Below, piece after piece: positions 49,168-63,001 of a stretch of 64,000 bases of DNA (the stretch's first letter is position 1; each line of letters begins with the position of its first letter). The stretch is from Amphiscolops sp. MND2022 (taxonomy: Eukaryota), in the NCBI GenBank assembly GCA_964187785.1, contig OZ076409.1, forward strand, positions 76,572,001 through 76,636,000, in the 5' to 3' direction. The translations under genes and the position numbers were made by a program. The notes below the pieces were generated by a model that saw only the letters and a list, made by a program, of their open reading frames with translations, was not told the DNA's origin and made no database searches.

Positions 49168-49640
49168 AATCTTCAGGAAATAGATGAAGGGATTGCGACA
49201 AAAGCATTATTGATGTTTTCTTCACAGTCTTTTGTAATGCCTTCGATAAAGTAGACCATGGATTACTTTTCCAAATCTACAATATGGGTATTCGGTGACA
49301 GTTCTTTCAAGCGATCAAACCTTTTGTAATTTCACGTCGACAACAAATCCGTGTTGGGGATTTTCTCTAAAATAATTTCTCGGGACCAGTGGACTGCCAC
49401 AAGGCAGCATTCTAAGATCTCAGGCTTGTCCTCATTTTCAACAATGACTTACCCGACATCTGCAATGAATTATAAATTTTTTTACAGATGATGCCAAATT
49501 CTGTTGCGTTGGATTAGACACAAACGCTATCCAAGATGACCGAAACAACATCTTCAATTGGAATTTACCGAACGAGATGTCTTTCAGCGTAGAAAAATGT
49601 GCATACATTGCATTGCCAAACAATAGCGAAGAACTGTTTT
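49168..49640 (+). pseudogene. Non-LTR (CR1/L2-like) reverse transcriptase fragment
   Basis: AFDKVDHGLL, SGLPQGSIL, NNDLPD and FTDDAK motifs across frameshifts. Confidence 0.8.
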
Positions 49641-49699
49641 TGGGAATGCTCTCATAGAACCTGGTTTAACACTATACCAGTTGCTCAGGGAGAATTTTC

Positions 49700-50165
49700 T
49701 ACGGATGCAATACTCAAATTCGGTTTTCGAAACAGTCTTGGTCTTTAAAGCACTCAGGGCTTCACCACTAAAACCTTAATAACCACTACTGTCACTGCAG
49801 ATGTCTTATGTACGTTCAACTGGCCGTTCACCAACTCAGAAGTGGGAAAGTTTTCCTTGAGGTTCCGAAAAGTCTTCCACCAAAATAAATGTTGCGTTTT
49901 TTGGTCAAACTAAATTGCTGCCCTGTGAAATCAACTGAGGGTCAATTAACAAGTTAGTTCGAAAAAGAACCAGATGAGTCCGCTTTTTTCCAAAATCAAA
50001 TTTACACTTCTTCAGGTAGATTTACTGAAAACTTTGTTGAATTTTTTAAGTCCCCCGATAGAGAAACCATTTTCGAAAATGACAATTTTGATAGTGTTGG
50101 AATTGATGAACAGGAAGATTGTGATGCCACGATTGAGCACATCGATCGATTATTCGGTTGAAAGA
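49700..50165. repeat. Unclassified dispersed repeat, copy 2
   Basis: Collinear with 29810-30350 but lacks the CTG run. Confidence 0.8.
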
Positions 50166-50849
50166 TGATCGTCCGCATTCTTGTTAATGGTAGTACCTGT
50201 ATGGCTTCAGCAAGTATACCATCTCTCAACTTGAAAACTCCCAGAAAAGAATAGTTCAGTGGATTATCCCTAGAAAAGAGTCGTACAAGGAAAAATTGTC
50301 GACCTTATCTCTACCAATGTATATCCAAATCAGCAACCTGCTACTATCAAAAATACTATGTGGACGCTATTACTCCCAAAAGCTTCGAATACCTCTTATT
50401 TTCCGCTTCTTTCTGTTTCAGCTGGATAGACCAAAGAATAAAACTCTGGAAAACGACTTCTACCAAACCGACTGACTCTCAATTTATAAGACTGGATATT
50501 ACTGACCGAACAAACTTCTAGAAAAAAGTAACTTCTCTAGCAGAATTTAAAGAACTTGAACAAATTTTACAAGTGTACATGAGCAGTGACATGCGATTGG
50601 ACGATGAATAACTGCGGAAGCGAAACGGACATCAAGAACATGATAACTGATGGACGTAGTCCCTTGTGTTTATAAACACTAAATTCGTTTTACTACTAGT
50701 AGTAACACTACCTATAGCGGAATTAATGCAAACTGGATATAGCGTCTTTGGAGTGTTTTTCAATGTTATTTCGGCGTTGTGAGACTTTTCGAATGTTTTT
50801 TATTGTCTGCGAAGGGCCCTTCTATTTTTTTTCGATCTTTTGCTACAAA

Positions 50850-51310
50850 ATGGAAATCTGAGTTCCGTGACAGTATCGCGTTTCGATATGGCTGGGAACC
50901 CAGAAACCTACTTTCGAAATCCGCCTGCGATGAAAACTTGGTCGTGACCCATGCAATGCGCTGTGCAAGGGGTGGCTTCACACACGTAAGACACACTGAA
51001 ATACGTGACACGTTCGCGGAACTATTGGACGAAATCTGTTTCGATGTCGAAATGGAGCCGATCTTTCAGCCTCTACATGGAAAACACTTTCAAAGAAATC
51101 AACGAGCACTGAAGATGACGCCCGACTTGACATTAAAGCAAACTGTGGGAATCGGCTTCAAATCATACTTCGACGTTAAACTTTTTAAGCCTTTGCAAAA
51201 ATTTGTCCGAATAACATTGACGACGATTATAACGTCCACGAGAACGCTGGAAATTGGGCTTCAACAGGACTTACTTCGACGTTAAAATTTTCAACCCCTT
51301 TGCAAAAAGT
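50850..51310 (+). pseudogene. C-terminal zinc knuckle / restriction-like endonuclease fragment of a CRE-like non-LTR element
   Basis: RYGW..HAMRCARGGFTHVRHTEIRD..EPIFQPL..ARLDIKA..YFDVK; last motif locally duplicated. Confidence 0.75.
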
Positions 51311-51327
51311 TGTCCGGAAGATATATG

Positions 51328-51725
51328 CCCTGTTTGCCGAATCCCATTTTACCGAATCCCACTTTGCCGAAAGCATGGGACATTTTGCCGAATTTTTTTT
51401 GGCAAAGTGGGCATCGAAATTCGGCAAAGTGGGCAAGACAGTTGTCTACATCTGCAAAAACAGACTATTATGCTATAAAGTGATTCAAAGTATAAAACGT
51501 GTCTCGGATATGTCCCCATTTCCTCGGTGAGGGCGAGCGTGCTTACATCGGAGATGCCCCACATTATATTTTCGCTCTCCAAAAGTCTGTTTTTGCAGAT
51601 GTAGAAAACTGCCTTGCCCACGTTGCCGTGTTTCGATGCCCATTTTGCCGAATTGCGATGCCCACTTTGCCAAAAAAAATTCGGCAAAATGGGAGAGGTA
51701 GGGACACTTTGCCGAATTCGGCAAT
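51328..51725. mobile_element. Foldback/MITE-like element with inverted arms built of TTTGCCGAA subrepeats
   Basis: Arms 51381-51466 and 51584-51691 are imperfect reverse complements. Confidence 0.75.
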
Positions 51726-51729
51726 GTAA

Positions 51730-51820
51730 ATGGTCACTTGGCTTAATGCCATTTGGCTTTAATACAATTGGTCACTTGGCTTGATTTTTTTAAGCTAAGT
51801 GTCTCGGGTATTGGTCACTT
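51730..51820. repeat. GGTCACTTGGCTTAA subrepeat cluster (probable non-autonomous DNA transposon), resuming at 56353-56800
   Basis: Motif at 51732, 51770, 51813 (split by the Copia) and 56723; inverted variants at ~56746 and ~56786. Confidence 0.5.
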
Positions 51821-54800
51821 TGTTAGAGATCGATGAAGGTCAAAGGACCATTAAAGGTCAACCATCTCAGACTATACCAGACTGAACTAATTTAGTATAA
51901 TATTGTTGTTTGTAAACATGTACCTGTTATTTTATCTTCACTTGACTGAATCACGTTATCAACTCACAACACAAAATAAAGTATTGACAATAACCACTCT
52001 TCACCAATCTTCCGACAACCCAGCTACGACCAGAAGGAGCCCAGGCCCTAATATGTTATGGGCCCAGCAATTTGGTGAGTTTGTTTTTTTCAAAAACTTT
52101 TTTCTGCCTACTTTCACTATGCTCGCCTGATCTTATTTTTCGTTCTCCATGGCAACTACTGCGGGACCACTTCAACAGCACCGAAACACCGAGATTGATG
52201 AAACTATTGGAGAAGTTCACAACCCTGCGATTGGACCCCACGGAGAGCATGGTTGACTACCTGACTCAAGAAGAGTATGTGAGTAAGCAGTTGGAGCTCG
52301 CTGGTGAGAAAGTTTCTGAAAACATGTTAACTTCGATAGTTCTTAAAGGTTTGCCTTCCGAATATGACTATTTCAAAACTGTGCACGATTTTTCGAAAGA
52401 TACGGCGTCTTTTGCGGAAGTAAAGAAAGCATTAAAAAAATTTCGAAAGTTCTCGTAACCTACAAACTGCGACAGCTAACAATGAAAAGGTTGCTTTGTT
52501 ATCCAAAGGAACTGTTGCGAAAAGTTCCTCACGTAAACCTGAAAAGTTCACTAGGAAGTGTAGGCGTTGCGGTAAAAGTGGACATAAACAAGCCACTTGT
52601 AGAGCATCCGAGTGCACTTTTTGCAGGCGTTTTGGCCATGAAGAGAATAAATGTTTTAAGAAAAACCTTCTTTTGAACCCTAAGTCAAGTGCTGAGACAG
52701 GAGAGTCAAACCTAGCTGAGGACATAGTTTTCTTTTACAATGGTAGTGAGACTGCACTCACTAGCCAAAAATGCGAGGTGAAGGAGCACACTTTGGTCAT
52801 CGACTCTGGTGCTTCCTCGCATATGTTTTTTGACCGTTCTCTGTTCTTCGACTCGAGCGAAGAAACACAACGCAAAGCAAAAATGCGAATGGGACTTTTT
52901 CGCAAGTTGAGGGTGTTGGAAAAGTTTCTCTTTTACTTTTGGACAAAAAAGGGATCGAACGCTGTGTGACATTTTCCGATTGTCTTTTTCTTCCTGATCA
53001 TTCTCATAACTTGATCAGCGTTAGCAAGTTGAGACAAAACGGGGCTCAAGTGAACTTCGGACAATCTCTGAGCATTTTTGTCAATGAAAGAGCAATTATT
53101 CCTTTTGAAGAGCACGCTAATCTTTACATTTTGAAAGGGAAGACACTTGATTTTTGCTCTTTTTCCGGCAAAAACGAAAAGGCGGTGTTGTGGCATCATC
53201 GCCTTGGTCACAACAATTTCAAAAATGTGAAACGTTTGGCTCATCATGTTTCGGGGATGAGCTTGAAACACAGTGCTTTTGATAAACTCTGTTGTTGTGA
53301 AGTTTGCAAAGTTTCTAAGTCACGACGGCAACCAGTATCGCGAAAAACGGAGAAACGAAAATCTTCGAAACTTGATCTCGTCTCCACTGACATTTTGGTA
53401 CCGATGCCAACTACTTCGGTTGGTGGCAATCGATACGCTATTTCTTTTACGGACAGCTACAGCAGGTACTCAGCGGTATATTTCCTCAAATCGAAAGAGG
53501 AGTGCCTAGATAAATTCAACGTTTTTTGTGCGCAAGTGGAACGCCCAGGGCAATCCGTTCTGATAATGGTAAAGAGTACATTTCCAAGTCTTTTCGAAGT
53601 TTTTGTATATCAAACCGAATCAAACGTGAGCATACTGCCCCTTATTCGCCTCATCAAAAGGGTGTTAGTGAACGCTGCTGGCGAACAACAGTCGAAATGG
53701 CTCGCTGCATGCTAAAAACCGCAAAACTCGGCAATGAATTTTGGGTTCGGGCCTTACACACTGCTTTTTACATTTCAAACCGTTGCCTCACAGTTAGTTT
53801 ACCAAAAGGTAAAACGCCCTTCGAAATGTTCTTTGGTAAAAAACCAGATATTTCCAACTTGAAAATTTTTGTATGTACTGCTTTCAAACACATTGAAACG
53901 CATCAAGACAAACTTTCCGATAAAGCCACCAAAGAAGTTTTTGTTGGTCATTCTGAGGATTCCGAAGCATACATTTTGTACAATCCTTATTCTAAAAGGA
54001 CTTCGGTTTCTTGCAACGTCTCCTTTGATTAGACTTCTTTTGACTTTTTTGCTGCGCACCCAAGTGAAAACATCCGAGCATTTGTAACCGAAAAGCCGTC
54101 ACCGAAACAAGTTTTGACTGAAACACAGAAACACTTTTGCGAAAAGCCTTCAGTTCCTATTTTACCGACTGAAACATTGAATGATTTCGAAACTGAAACA
54201 ACTCCTTCCCCGTTGATGTTGTTTCATCTGAAAACATTGATGCCAATGAAAGTAGTGCTTTTTTGCGTTCTCGAAGTGGGAGAGTTATCGAACCTCCTGC
54301 GTATCTCGACGACTACGTTCTTTTAACGGATGACATGGATGAGAATCTAACTTATCGTGAAGCAATGATGTCATCGCTTAAAAGCGAATGGATCGAAGCA
54401 ACTCAAAAGGAGTACAATGCGCTCATTGAGAACAAGACCTGGTGCTTTCTCCGCTTCCCCCGGGCAGAAAAGCAATTGGAAGCCGGTGGGTTTTCAAAAT
54501 TAGGCGACACGACGACGGAACTATCGAAAAATTCAAGGCTCGTTTCGTAGCGCAAGGGTTTTCGCAAGTTCTTGGGAACGATTACGAAGAAACTTTTGCG
54601 CCTACTGCCAAACTTTGTACCTTGAGGATTTGTTTTGCGCTCGCTGCTTCTTGATCGACTTTTGTTTTTCAGTTAGACGTCCGTTCAGCCTTCCTCAATG
54701 CGAACTTGAGTGATGAAATTTATATAGATCAACCAGAAGGCTTCGCGCAAGCGGGGGCTAATGGTGAAACACTTTATTGCAAGCTTCAAGAACGCCTTTA

Positions 54801-56352
54801 TGGTTTGAAGCAAGCAGGGAGGGAGTGGAACAAAACTTTAACCCAGTGGTTTTTGAAGAACGAATTTGTACAGTCTGCCGAGGATCATTGCCTTTTTCGT
54901 TGCGATGGGACTAATGGTTCCCAACTTTTTGTACAAGTTTGGGTCGACGACATTTTGTACTTTTCAAACAACGACAAAATGCTGCATGATTTCAAGGCGA
55001 AACTCAGCGATGCATTCAGCATCGATGATCGTGGGAAAATGACTTGGTTTTTGGGATGCAATGTTGAACAGTCACGCGGTCGCATTTTTCTTAGTCAGCG
55101 GTCATATATAAAGGACATTTTGCGCAGAAGTCATATGTCTGATTGTAAACCAGTCAGTACTCCAGCTTTTCCCCATACGAAACAGTCTAAATCGGACTGC
55201 CCTATCGAAGGTAGTGAAAAGTCACTTGATATTTGCGAACAGAAACAATATCGTAGCTTAGTTGGAAACTTAATGTATTTGTCCGTTGTTAGTCGCCCCG
55301 ATATTTGCTTTGCTGTCTATAACTGCACAATTCGTGTCAAATCTTGGTAAAGCCCATTGGTGTGCATTGAAACACCTTCTCCGTTTTCTCAAGGGCACCG
55401 AGTCTCTATCTCTTGTGTATAACCGCTCTGAAAATCTCGAACTTTTTGGTTTTTCGGATTCCGATTGGACCACCGACAATGACGATCGCAAGCCAACTTC
55501 GGGTTTTAGCTTCAAACTAAGTCATTTTGGTAGTGATGTCTCTTGGGCGTCCAAAAAGCAAGGGTGTGTGGGACTTAGGTCTTGTGAAGCCGAGTATGTT
55601 TCGTTGGCTTTGGCTGCACAGGAAGCAGTCTATTTGCAAGCCTCGGTCACATTCTTCTGCTTGATGACGGTGGACACGCCTGTTCTGTTGTGTGGTGACA
55701 ATCAAGGGGCACTCGCACTCTCAAAGTCACAAAAGTGCTAAACACATAGAAACCCGACACCACTTCATCCGTCAACTGGTTGACGACAAACGCATTCAAG
55801 TGTCTAATGTCTCCACAAAGAACAACTTGGCTGATATCTTCACCAAGCACCTACCAAAGCCTGCCTTCAATGAGCTCTCATCGCAACTCTTCGTCATTCA
55901 GCCACCTCGATCAACAACTTAACCCTTGCCTCCCTCACAACTCAATTATTTTACATTACTCATTATTGTGTTTATGTTGTCACTGGGACTATCACGACTT
56001 TCAGCTTCTCTTCAATTGATGGATAGAGCCTTCTCAACCGCTGCCATGACACGACAGATGGTCAAGAAGCACAGTGGTTCGCCATCATCAACCAACAACA
56101 GCCCTCGGAGTCTCTCATCGAGCGGGGATTGATGAAGGTCAAAGGACCATTAAAGGTCAACCATCTCAGGCTATACCAGACTTAACTAATTTAGTATATT
56201 ATTGTTGTTTGTAAACATGTACCTGTTATTTTATCTTCACTTGATTGAATCACTTCATCAACTCACAACACAAAATGAAGTATTGACAATAACCACTCTT
56301 CACCAATCTTGTGACAACCCAGCTACGACCAGAAGGAGCCCAGGCCCTAATA
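51821..56352 (+). mobile_element. Element E: Ty1/Copia LTR retrotransposon (4.5 kb), decayed
   Basis: LTRs 51821-52053 and ~56127-56352; TSD CACTT at 51816-51820 and 56353-56357; PBS TGTTATGGGCCCAG (half-tRNAiMet type); PPT GAGCGGGG. Confidence 0.95.
52072..55922 (+). pseudogene. gag-pol: Copia gag-pol (gag 5'-truncated; PR-IN-RT-RNase H order)
   Basis: Two CCHC, VIDSGASSHM, LWHHRLGH, RSDNGKEY, KARFVAQGFSQ, LYGLKQAGREW, VWVDD, FSDSDW, KHIETRHHFIR. Confidence 0.95.
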
Positions 56353-56901
56353 CACTTGGCTTAAAGTCATTTGACTTAAAACCACTCAGTTGAAAACACG
56401 TGGCAGATTTTGTCGGACTTATCATTATAACGTAGTCAGCGTATTATTATAACATGTCATACCAAGTACCCCTCGGATATTTCCCCATTTCTTCTAGTGC
56501 CCTGCGGCCCTTTGGGGCCGCTTATATTCCCATCTTGCTCAGCGAGGTCGAACAGGAGCAAGGACCTAGCGGGAACGGAGATCGCGAAGCGATCGTATTG
56601 GGAGCTGGTCTTTGCGACGGTGAGGGCGAGCGTGCATACAACGTATATGCCCCACATTATGATATTTCTGGGAGTTGACTTATTTATTCCGTGAGTTGGA
56701 ATGGAGTTGGCTTAATTTTGTGGTCACTTGGCTTAAAATTTTCAAGCCAAATGACTCGACGAAAAAATTAAGCGAAACGGTATTTGGCCAAGTGACTGGC
56801 AACCTTCGAGAAAATGGGTTTCGGCAAACTGTCCCATATTCGTCCGGAAAACATTGCCGACGCCTATAACTTCCACGATAACGCGAAGAAGTTGAAGTAT
56901 G

Positions 56902-57638
56902 TGTAACGATAAGCGCCGGCGCTTGAACCGCAACGTAGAGTGGAGGAACTAGAACAGCGAATATAATCTGGGACTTAGATATCCGCGGCCCTAGCTCATT
57001 TTCCCTCCGAAGGAGCCAGTCCCAAGGTGGGGGAACCGTCTTGTAAGAAACTCTCTGGCCTGGTCTGTAACTGCTAAAAGTAACAGGCATCTTGCATAAC
57101 TCAAGACCACTGCTCAACTAGCCTTTAAAAAGGGGGCTGAAAACAAGAGGAGGTTGAGCCATAGTATTGGAGAATCTGATAAAATCGACATATCCAAACA
57201 GGTAAATATAGATGTTCAAGGGCAGCTCTCGAGCATATCAATCTACATCATAGTGAAATACAACAAAATTAACAGTTTGAGTCATTTTGGTAGAAATTGA
57301 CCTTGGCTCCCATCGCTAACGCTCGTCACCACACAGGACACTGCAAGGATACTCAGGCGAACATCTGGAACACGGGTTTCCGGTACTACAGTAGTGTCGA
57401 TCTCTTGGGATGGGCACAATACCGTGTTTTTTAGACAAAAAGTACGTCTTTTTGTGTTTTCTTGCGTTCGCTCTTCGCGGGCGGCGATTTCTAATTTTCT
57501 GGGGTGCTTTTCTGGCAGGTACTTCATCTTGAGCATGTTTGAGTGCCACGTCAGATTTGAACGAATTTTTGGCAAAATTTCTGAACATGTCGAGTTGCAA
57601 AATCGGTGGATATTGCTGTACCAGAGCTTGCCGTTACA
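56902..57638 (-). repeat. Probable 3' LTR of element F (737 bp)
   Basis: TGTAACG..CGTTACA termini; preceded on minus by purine-rich GAAGCCCGGGGAGTGA; partner LTR is outside the window. Confidence 0.7.
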
Positions 57639-58404
57639 TCACTCCCCGGGCTTCTGGCTTGTCGTCCCTGGCAAGCGGCGTCTGGGCTCGTCTAGAAACT
57701 GCGTCACCATGACTGCTGGGAACCATCATCCACACATCAGGGGACAAGGACAAGTCCTTGTTTTTCAGCAACAATTTTGGTCAATTTTCGCGGTTTTTCT
57801 CAAAGAAAATCTTACTGCCTAGTATTTTTTACAAAAATGCAAACGAGGTTTCAGCTCGAGAGCTAAGTTTTTCAGTTGGTTAAAACTCGTTTGGGCAAGC
57901 AGTTTTCGCTAAAAATTCTTTTGCGACCAAGGTCAGCTGAAATCTCTTTTTTTATGCAATTTGAAATTTACAGTTTTCAGTCAATTTCGGGCAACGTAAA
58001 ACTTTTTTTGGGAGGGCGCAGATTTGTCTACTCCTCAGACAGTCGATAGAAGATGCTTGAATAACAAAACACAAGGAAAAACAGCAAAAACTGTAACTAA
58101 AAGGCTAAGACTTTTTCTTGACTATGGCAACTCAAAAACACCGCGAACGGTGCGCAACGAAAATAGCAGTTTTCTCTGGTAACAGTTTCCTTTTTTAACT
58201 TTGTAGGCCAAGCAGCTGGGGCAGGCGCACTCTATTGGCCGTACACCCAGCGCAATACTAACAATACATTAACTAAGTAATAACTATGAACAAAAAATTG
58301 CACCATGTACGGGTAGCACCGGTTAAAGCGATAAGTTTGAAGGCACAGTTTCGGCAGAGTTTAGAGTCTATAGGGAGCGCGAACGCTCCCATAGGCGGCA
58401 GGGT

Positions 58405-61400
58405 TCATTGGGCTGAGCTGCGTCGAGCTCGATTCTTGGTGGCATCATCGGAAGTTCCTGGATTGCTAGCATCTTCCAACGCAACTGACGCTCTACGTTG
58501 AGCAGGAATTACAGTAACTACTGTTTCCGAGTCTGATAGGTCTTCTGGGAGCTCTAAATTGGCGATCGGCTGCACCAGGATAGTGTTGGGGGTCAGTTCA
58601 GCGGCGTGTTCTCCGGTTTGGGGTTGCGATGACTGAGGACTGGCCTGCGACGACGGGGGACTGACAGGCTCTGGGTTCAAGACGCGAGTGGGTAGATCAA
58701 GGGTTATGGGTCGCATGCTGGGTCGTATCCGCGACATGGCCATTGTTGGTGCGAGCATGGTAGGCGCGAACGCCTGTTGTCTGGCGGTCTCGGCTCGACT
58801 CTCCACAGCCAAGGATACTCGCTTGGAAATCCAGCCAGGCTGATTCCAGAGCTCGCAGGCTCGCTTCCTTTTCGGGAAGTTGGCAATCTCTAGTTCCAGG
58901 CAACGTCCCTTCCATTCTGCACGGGCTTCGGAACCTAGGACGGAATTTATCTCATCGTGTAACACGATTGACATATCTCCTGATATTGTCATTTTTGCTT
59001 GAGGCCTCCATACAGATTTTCGGGGAAACGGAGTAATGCGACACCGAAGATTTCGCTGTCGAATTTGGGCGGCTCCTTCAATCCAACCTGGGATTTGTCC
59101 CAGTTCCAGATGTTGGATCTGTCGGTTTAGAGTCTCAGGGGCACGACCAACGGGCTTCGCTCTGGGCCATCCCCGTGGTTCTTTCCAGTAATGGTTTGGG
59201 AAAGTGATGCACCGGAAACTGTAGAGTGGGTCTATGGGTGGACCAGCACTAGTGCTGGCACGGATCACCTTGCGAATGAATTCTTGGGTGCATGGAAATC
59301 GGAAGGGGACTCCATTCAGACTGAGAGGGGCGGAGTACCAATTGATTGGGCCGTACTCCCGCGGCAAAGGACACACTTTCGCGTGCGAGCACGCAGTAGC
59401 CCCATCAAATTCTCCTCCAACTGTTTCTCAGACTTCAGAGTAGTGTACCCATGCGGCATTTCTCCACTCAGTACGGCCTGTACAACGCGTGGGTAAGTCA
59501 GTGAGGGGCGTCCTTGAAGATAGGTGCAGAAGGATACCATATGTACCTGCACTGCTCTCGCGAGGGGTTTAGTTGGGTACCTGCACACACCAATTGCGCC
59601 AAAAATTGGGGCCAAAACCGGAGCCATTGTAGCCACAAAGTCCTCCACTTCTGCTAACGTCAGTTCAGCGAGTTGCTGTGGCATGGGAAATCCGGCCAAC
59701 TCCCAGGGTATCTGGCGCTCCGCATTATGTAGAGGTTGCGACTAATCCACGCCTACGAATAAACCAGAGGCGAATACCAGGGTGGAGTACAACCAATGTT
59801 GGATCGACGCACGCATGCGCTCCAATTGGGCGGAATAGTTTTGCTGGTCCTTGGAATTCGTGAGGTGACCCCAGCGGGTCAGGCTGCGGAGTTGTCCCTG
59901 CGCAAGGACCAGATAGCTGTAGAAGGTGATTAGGTCACCAGATGTCACGATGTCGATTAGGAGAGCCAGAGGTCCAGCCACAAACTTTGTCGGGCCCATC
60001 GTTAGCGCGAGCGCTAACACTTCTCCCACTGTAGCCTCGCCGATGGTTTCCAGTAGTTTGTCGGCCTGCACATTGGTGAGCGAGAACTCGGCGGTGATTA
60101 CATCGATGTTCCAGCCCAGACCGAGACTGGTACAAAAGGCTTCCAGGGGGCAGTCGTGCTCTCGAGCCACTTCCGCCAAGGTTCTATTCACGAATCTGGT
60201 CTGGTACCAGTGGGCGTAGGTAATACTAGCTGCATCCACCTCGTTCTTCAGGTTGGTTGCTTCGTTGACCACGATGTGCCTGATGCCCACGGGCAGCTTG
60301 ACGGGCTCGATTCCGGTAGCAAAGTGAATCTGAGGGATTGTCCGCTCGACCGTGCGCGCAGCAGGCCATGCTTCGATTTACTTCACTAATTCAGCTAGTT
60401 CTGCACGTACGGGGACTTCCTTGTCTTTACGCACCAGCTAGTTATAGCGACGGACAGCTTCTCGTTCACTTACGTTGCGCTCTCGCATGACACGATTGCC
60501 GTCCAGGTCGAAGGCCATTCTTCCCATGCACATTCCATGGTCAAAAAGCACGGCGTCGTCTATGGTCAACTGCGCATTCCCCGAACGCTCTACAGCGATC
60601 AGTACGCGGGATATGGCAGCGAAGAAGGCTGGGTATGACAGTGCGTCAGGGCGCAGATCTCCATGGTCCACCCTAAGGTTTGGTGCGCAGATGGCAAAGT
60701 CAATCCTGCGTGCCTTGCACACTTCTAACAGGATATAAACGAACTGTTGCAAACTCTGCTGCCAGTACATGAATCTTGGCGGGGATACGAAGAGCGCTAG
60801 CGCTCCCAGACGACCCCGAAGGATCCTTGCGGCACGCTCCATCGCATCCGCAACGAACGATGTTCACCAAGGTAGCGACGTTCCCAGGTCGACGGGTGTC
60901 ACCCATGATGGTATCCAGGTCACGCAACAATCCTTCGCACGCAATGTGGTCCAGCAGATTGGCAAAAATCACTCTCGGTGGGGGTGGCTCTTTCAGTGAC
61001 CCTCTCAGGTTCGGGTCGTACATTACCCCGATCATTTCGGCAATCTCGGCGAAACGGGACAAAGGCATCGTCAACACAAGTACGTCAGGCATCAGGTTGT
61101 CGATGGGTAGGTCGTTTCTGCAGGTGGAGTCCACTGCCACACAGTAGCGCGCGCGCTGCAAAGCTGCTTTTAATAGGGGTTTCATGGACACAACGTTACG
61201 GGCATAGCGGGCATTTGCTTCCCACGTTTCGCCATCTCGTAGTGTGTACCGCGCGGGAAATTGCTCGGTAATGTTGTGTTGCAGGGGCGCCATATAGTCG
61301 TTAGGCGTCATGGGCAGTTGCTCTCGACCACGCTGCTCCCAGGCTTGCTCGGACATATCTGCATCACGGGGACGCAGTACTCGTGTAATCTGTGCAGCGA

Positions 61401-62712
61401 TAGTGATTCGGTTCACTTCTTTCTGGTCAGCTTCTGTCGGAGGTGCTCTCCTTCTGATTGCACACATGTTCGAACATAGACGTTCTGCGGCCATCCAAAT
61501 TCGCTTACTGTTGCTGGTTGCTACAGAGCCAGATACATCGTCGGATGGTGGTAGGAAGGCTGGCGGGCTGGCTTCCTCAATCGCTCCTGGCACATCCAAA
61601 GACATCTCGGCGGAACCCGTGCCCGAGGGCACGGAGCTCACTTCAGGGCCGGCCTCCGCGTCGCCATATTGCTCAATCGCCTCTCGCATGGTCAGTTGGG
61701 GCGCACCTCGGTCCAGGTGGCCAACACGATATGGGGGCCTGACTATTACTATACTCTTCATCTGGGGTTGCTGAGGCACATCTGCACGCTTGTCCGGAGG
61801 AGGACGACTGGTTGGACTTTCCGTCCCCGAGCCAGTGGGGGCAGAGGCGGCACTTTCTCCCGTTACTCGCTTCCGTCCAGTTTCTTCACGTGGGCCAGTC
61901 GCGGTACTGCCACTTGGAGCAGCCGTGGTACTACTGCTTGGTCCAGCTATGGTCTCGGTGTCCATGGATGCTGTTTCGGCTAGAGTGGTGGGAGCTTCGC
62001 AGCCCAAGGGCTGAGCGGCGGCTTGCAAGTAGTTAGCTAACCCCGGAATCCTTTGTTCTACTGCCCGAACGAAGTCGGATGAGTTGGGATGGGATAGTTG
62101 GCCACGGCTTGCAGGGCCACTATCTATCACTGCCTGTTCGCCAGTGCTTCGCCCAATGAGATTCAGGTTCGGCACGGGTGGTAACCGGGACCCCGAGGGC
62201 TCCCGATCAGAGACTCGTTGATTGGTTGAAGGAATCTGCTGAGTTCCATATGGTGCTCCAAAAGCAGGCGAGCCAGAGTAAGTTGGCGTCATCGACACTG
62301 AATTCGGTGCTACAATTGGCAGCAACGAGGGAGCACTGGCAGGCATCATTCTCAAGGAGGCCTCTTGTTCAAATTTGGTACCTTGGCTGGCGCCGTATAC
62401 CGCTGTGGATCGTTCGTCTAGAAATTGATGGGTAAGGTCGTAACCATCCCAGGCGCCATTGGCACATGTCAAGGCACGGCAGTAGCCAGCTACCTCAGTT
62501 ACAATTGAGAGTGACACGCCCGGCAGCGTTTGCATGGTGTCAAGCTGAGTAAGTAATGCTGCTACACCAGCGATGGCCACTGGCGGAAGGCCATTTCGTA
62601 ACCTGTCTTCTACAAATTGGGCCTGATTGACCCTCTGCGCTCGCGCAGATTCCTGAGGCCTTGCACTACTAGGCCCTGTTGCACGCACGGAGTTGCTTGG
62701 GCAGTAGGCCAT
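58405..62712 (-). pseudogene. ~1430-codon accessory ORF with a central SGNH-hydrolase-like domain
   Basis: Pieces 62712-60700, 60842-60438, 60290-59742, 59699-59316 and 59376-58405 join via 2 frameshifts and in-frame stops; blocks CVAVDS, RVIFANLLD, GDLRPDALSY. Confidence 0.65.
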
Positions 62713-63001
62713 TATTTCATAGGTCTAAAAAGGATGACTGTTAGGTTTACCCGGTGAGTGTTGGTGGGAGCTTAAGGCTCGTCACCCAGTTACAGTGATA
62801 CAACATCGGCTCCTTAAGGGAACCGTAACGAACTCAAATCTAACTAAATTACCTAGAACAAAAACATTTGAAGGAGTAACATAACAAATTAATATTTTGG
62901 TGGCAAGAGTGTTCAAGACTCTTCCAGGGATATTACAATCAGGCAATGGTAAAGGGGGAAAAGGGGTAGATTTAAATGACGAGGCTATTTCAGCCTTATA
63001 C

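Noticed and set aside
51227..51752. Overlapping short ORFs on both strands
   Set aside because: By-product of inverted subrepeats in the foldback element
56680..57822. ORFs of 94-145 aa on both strands
   Set aside because: They overlap or cross the inferred LTR of element F and show no motifs
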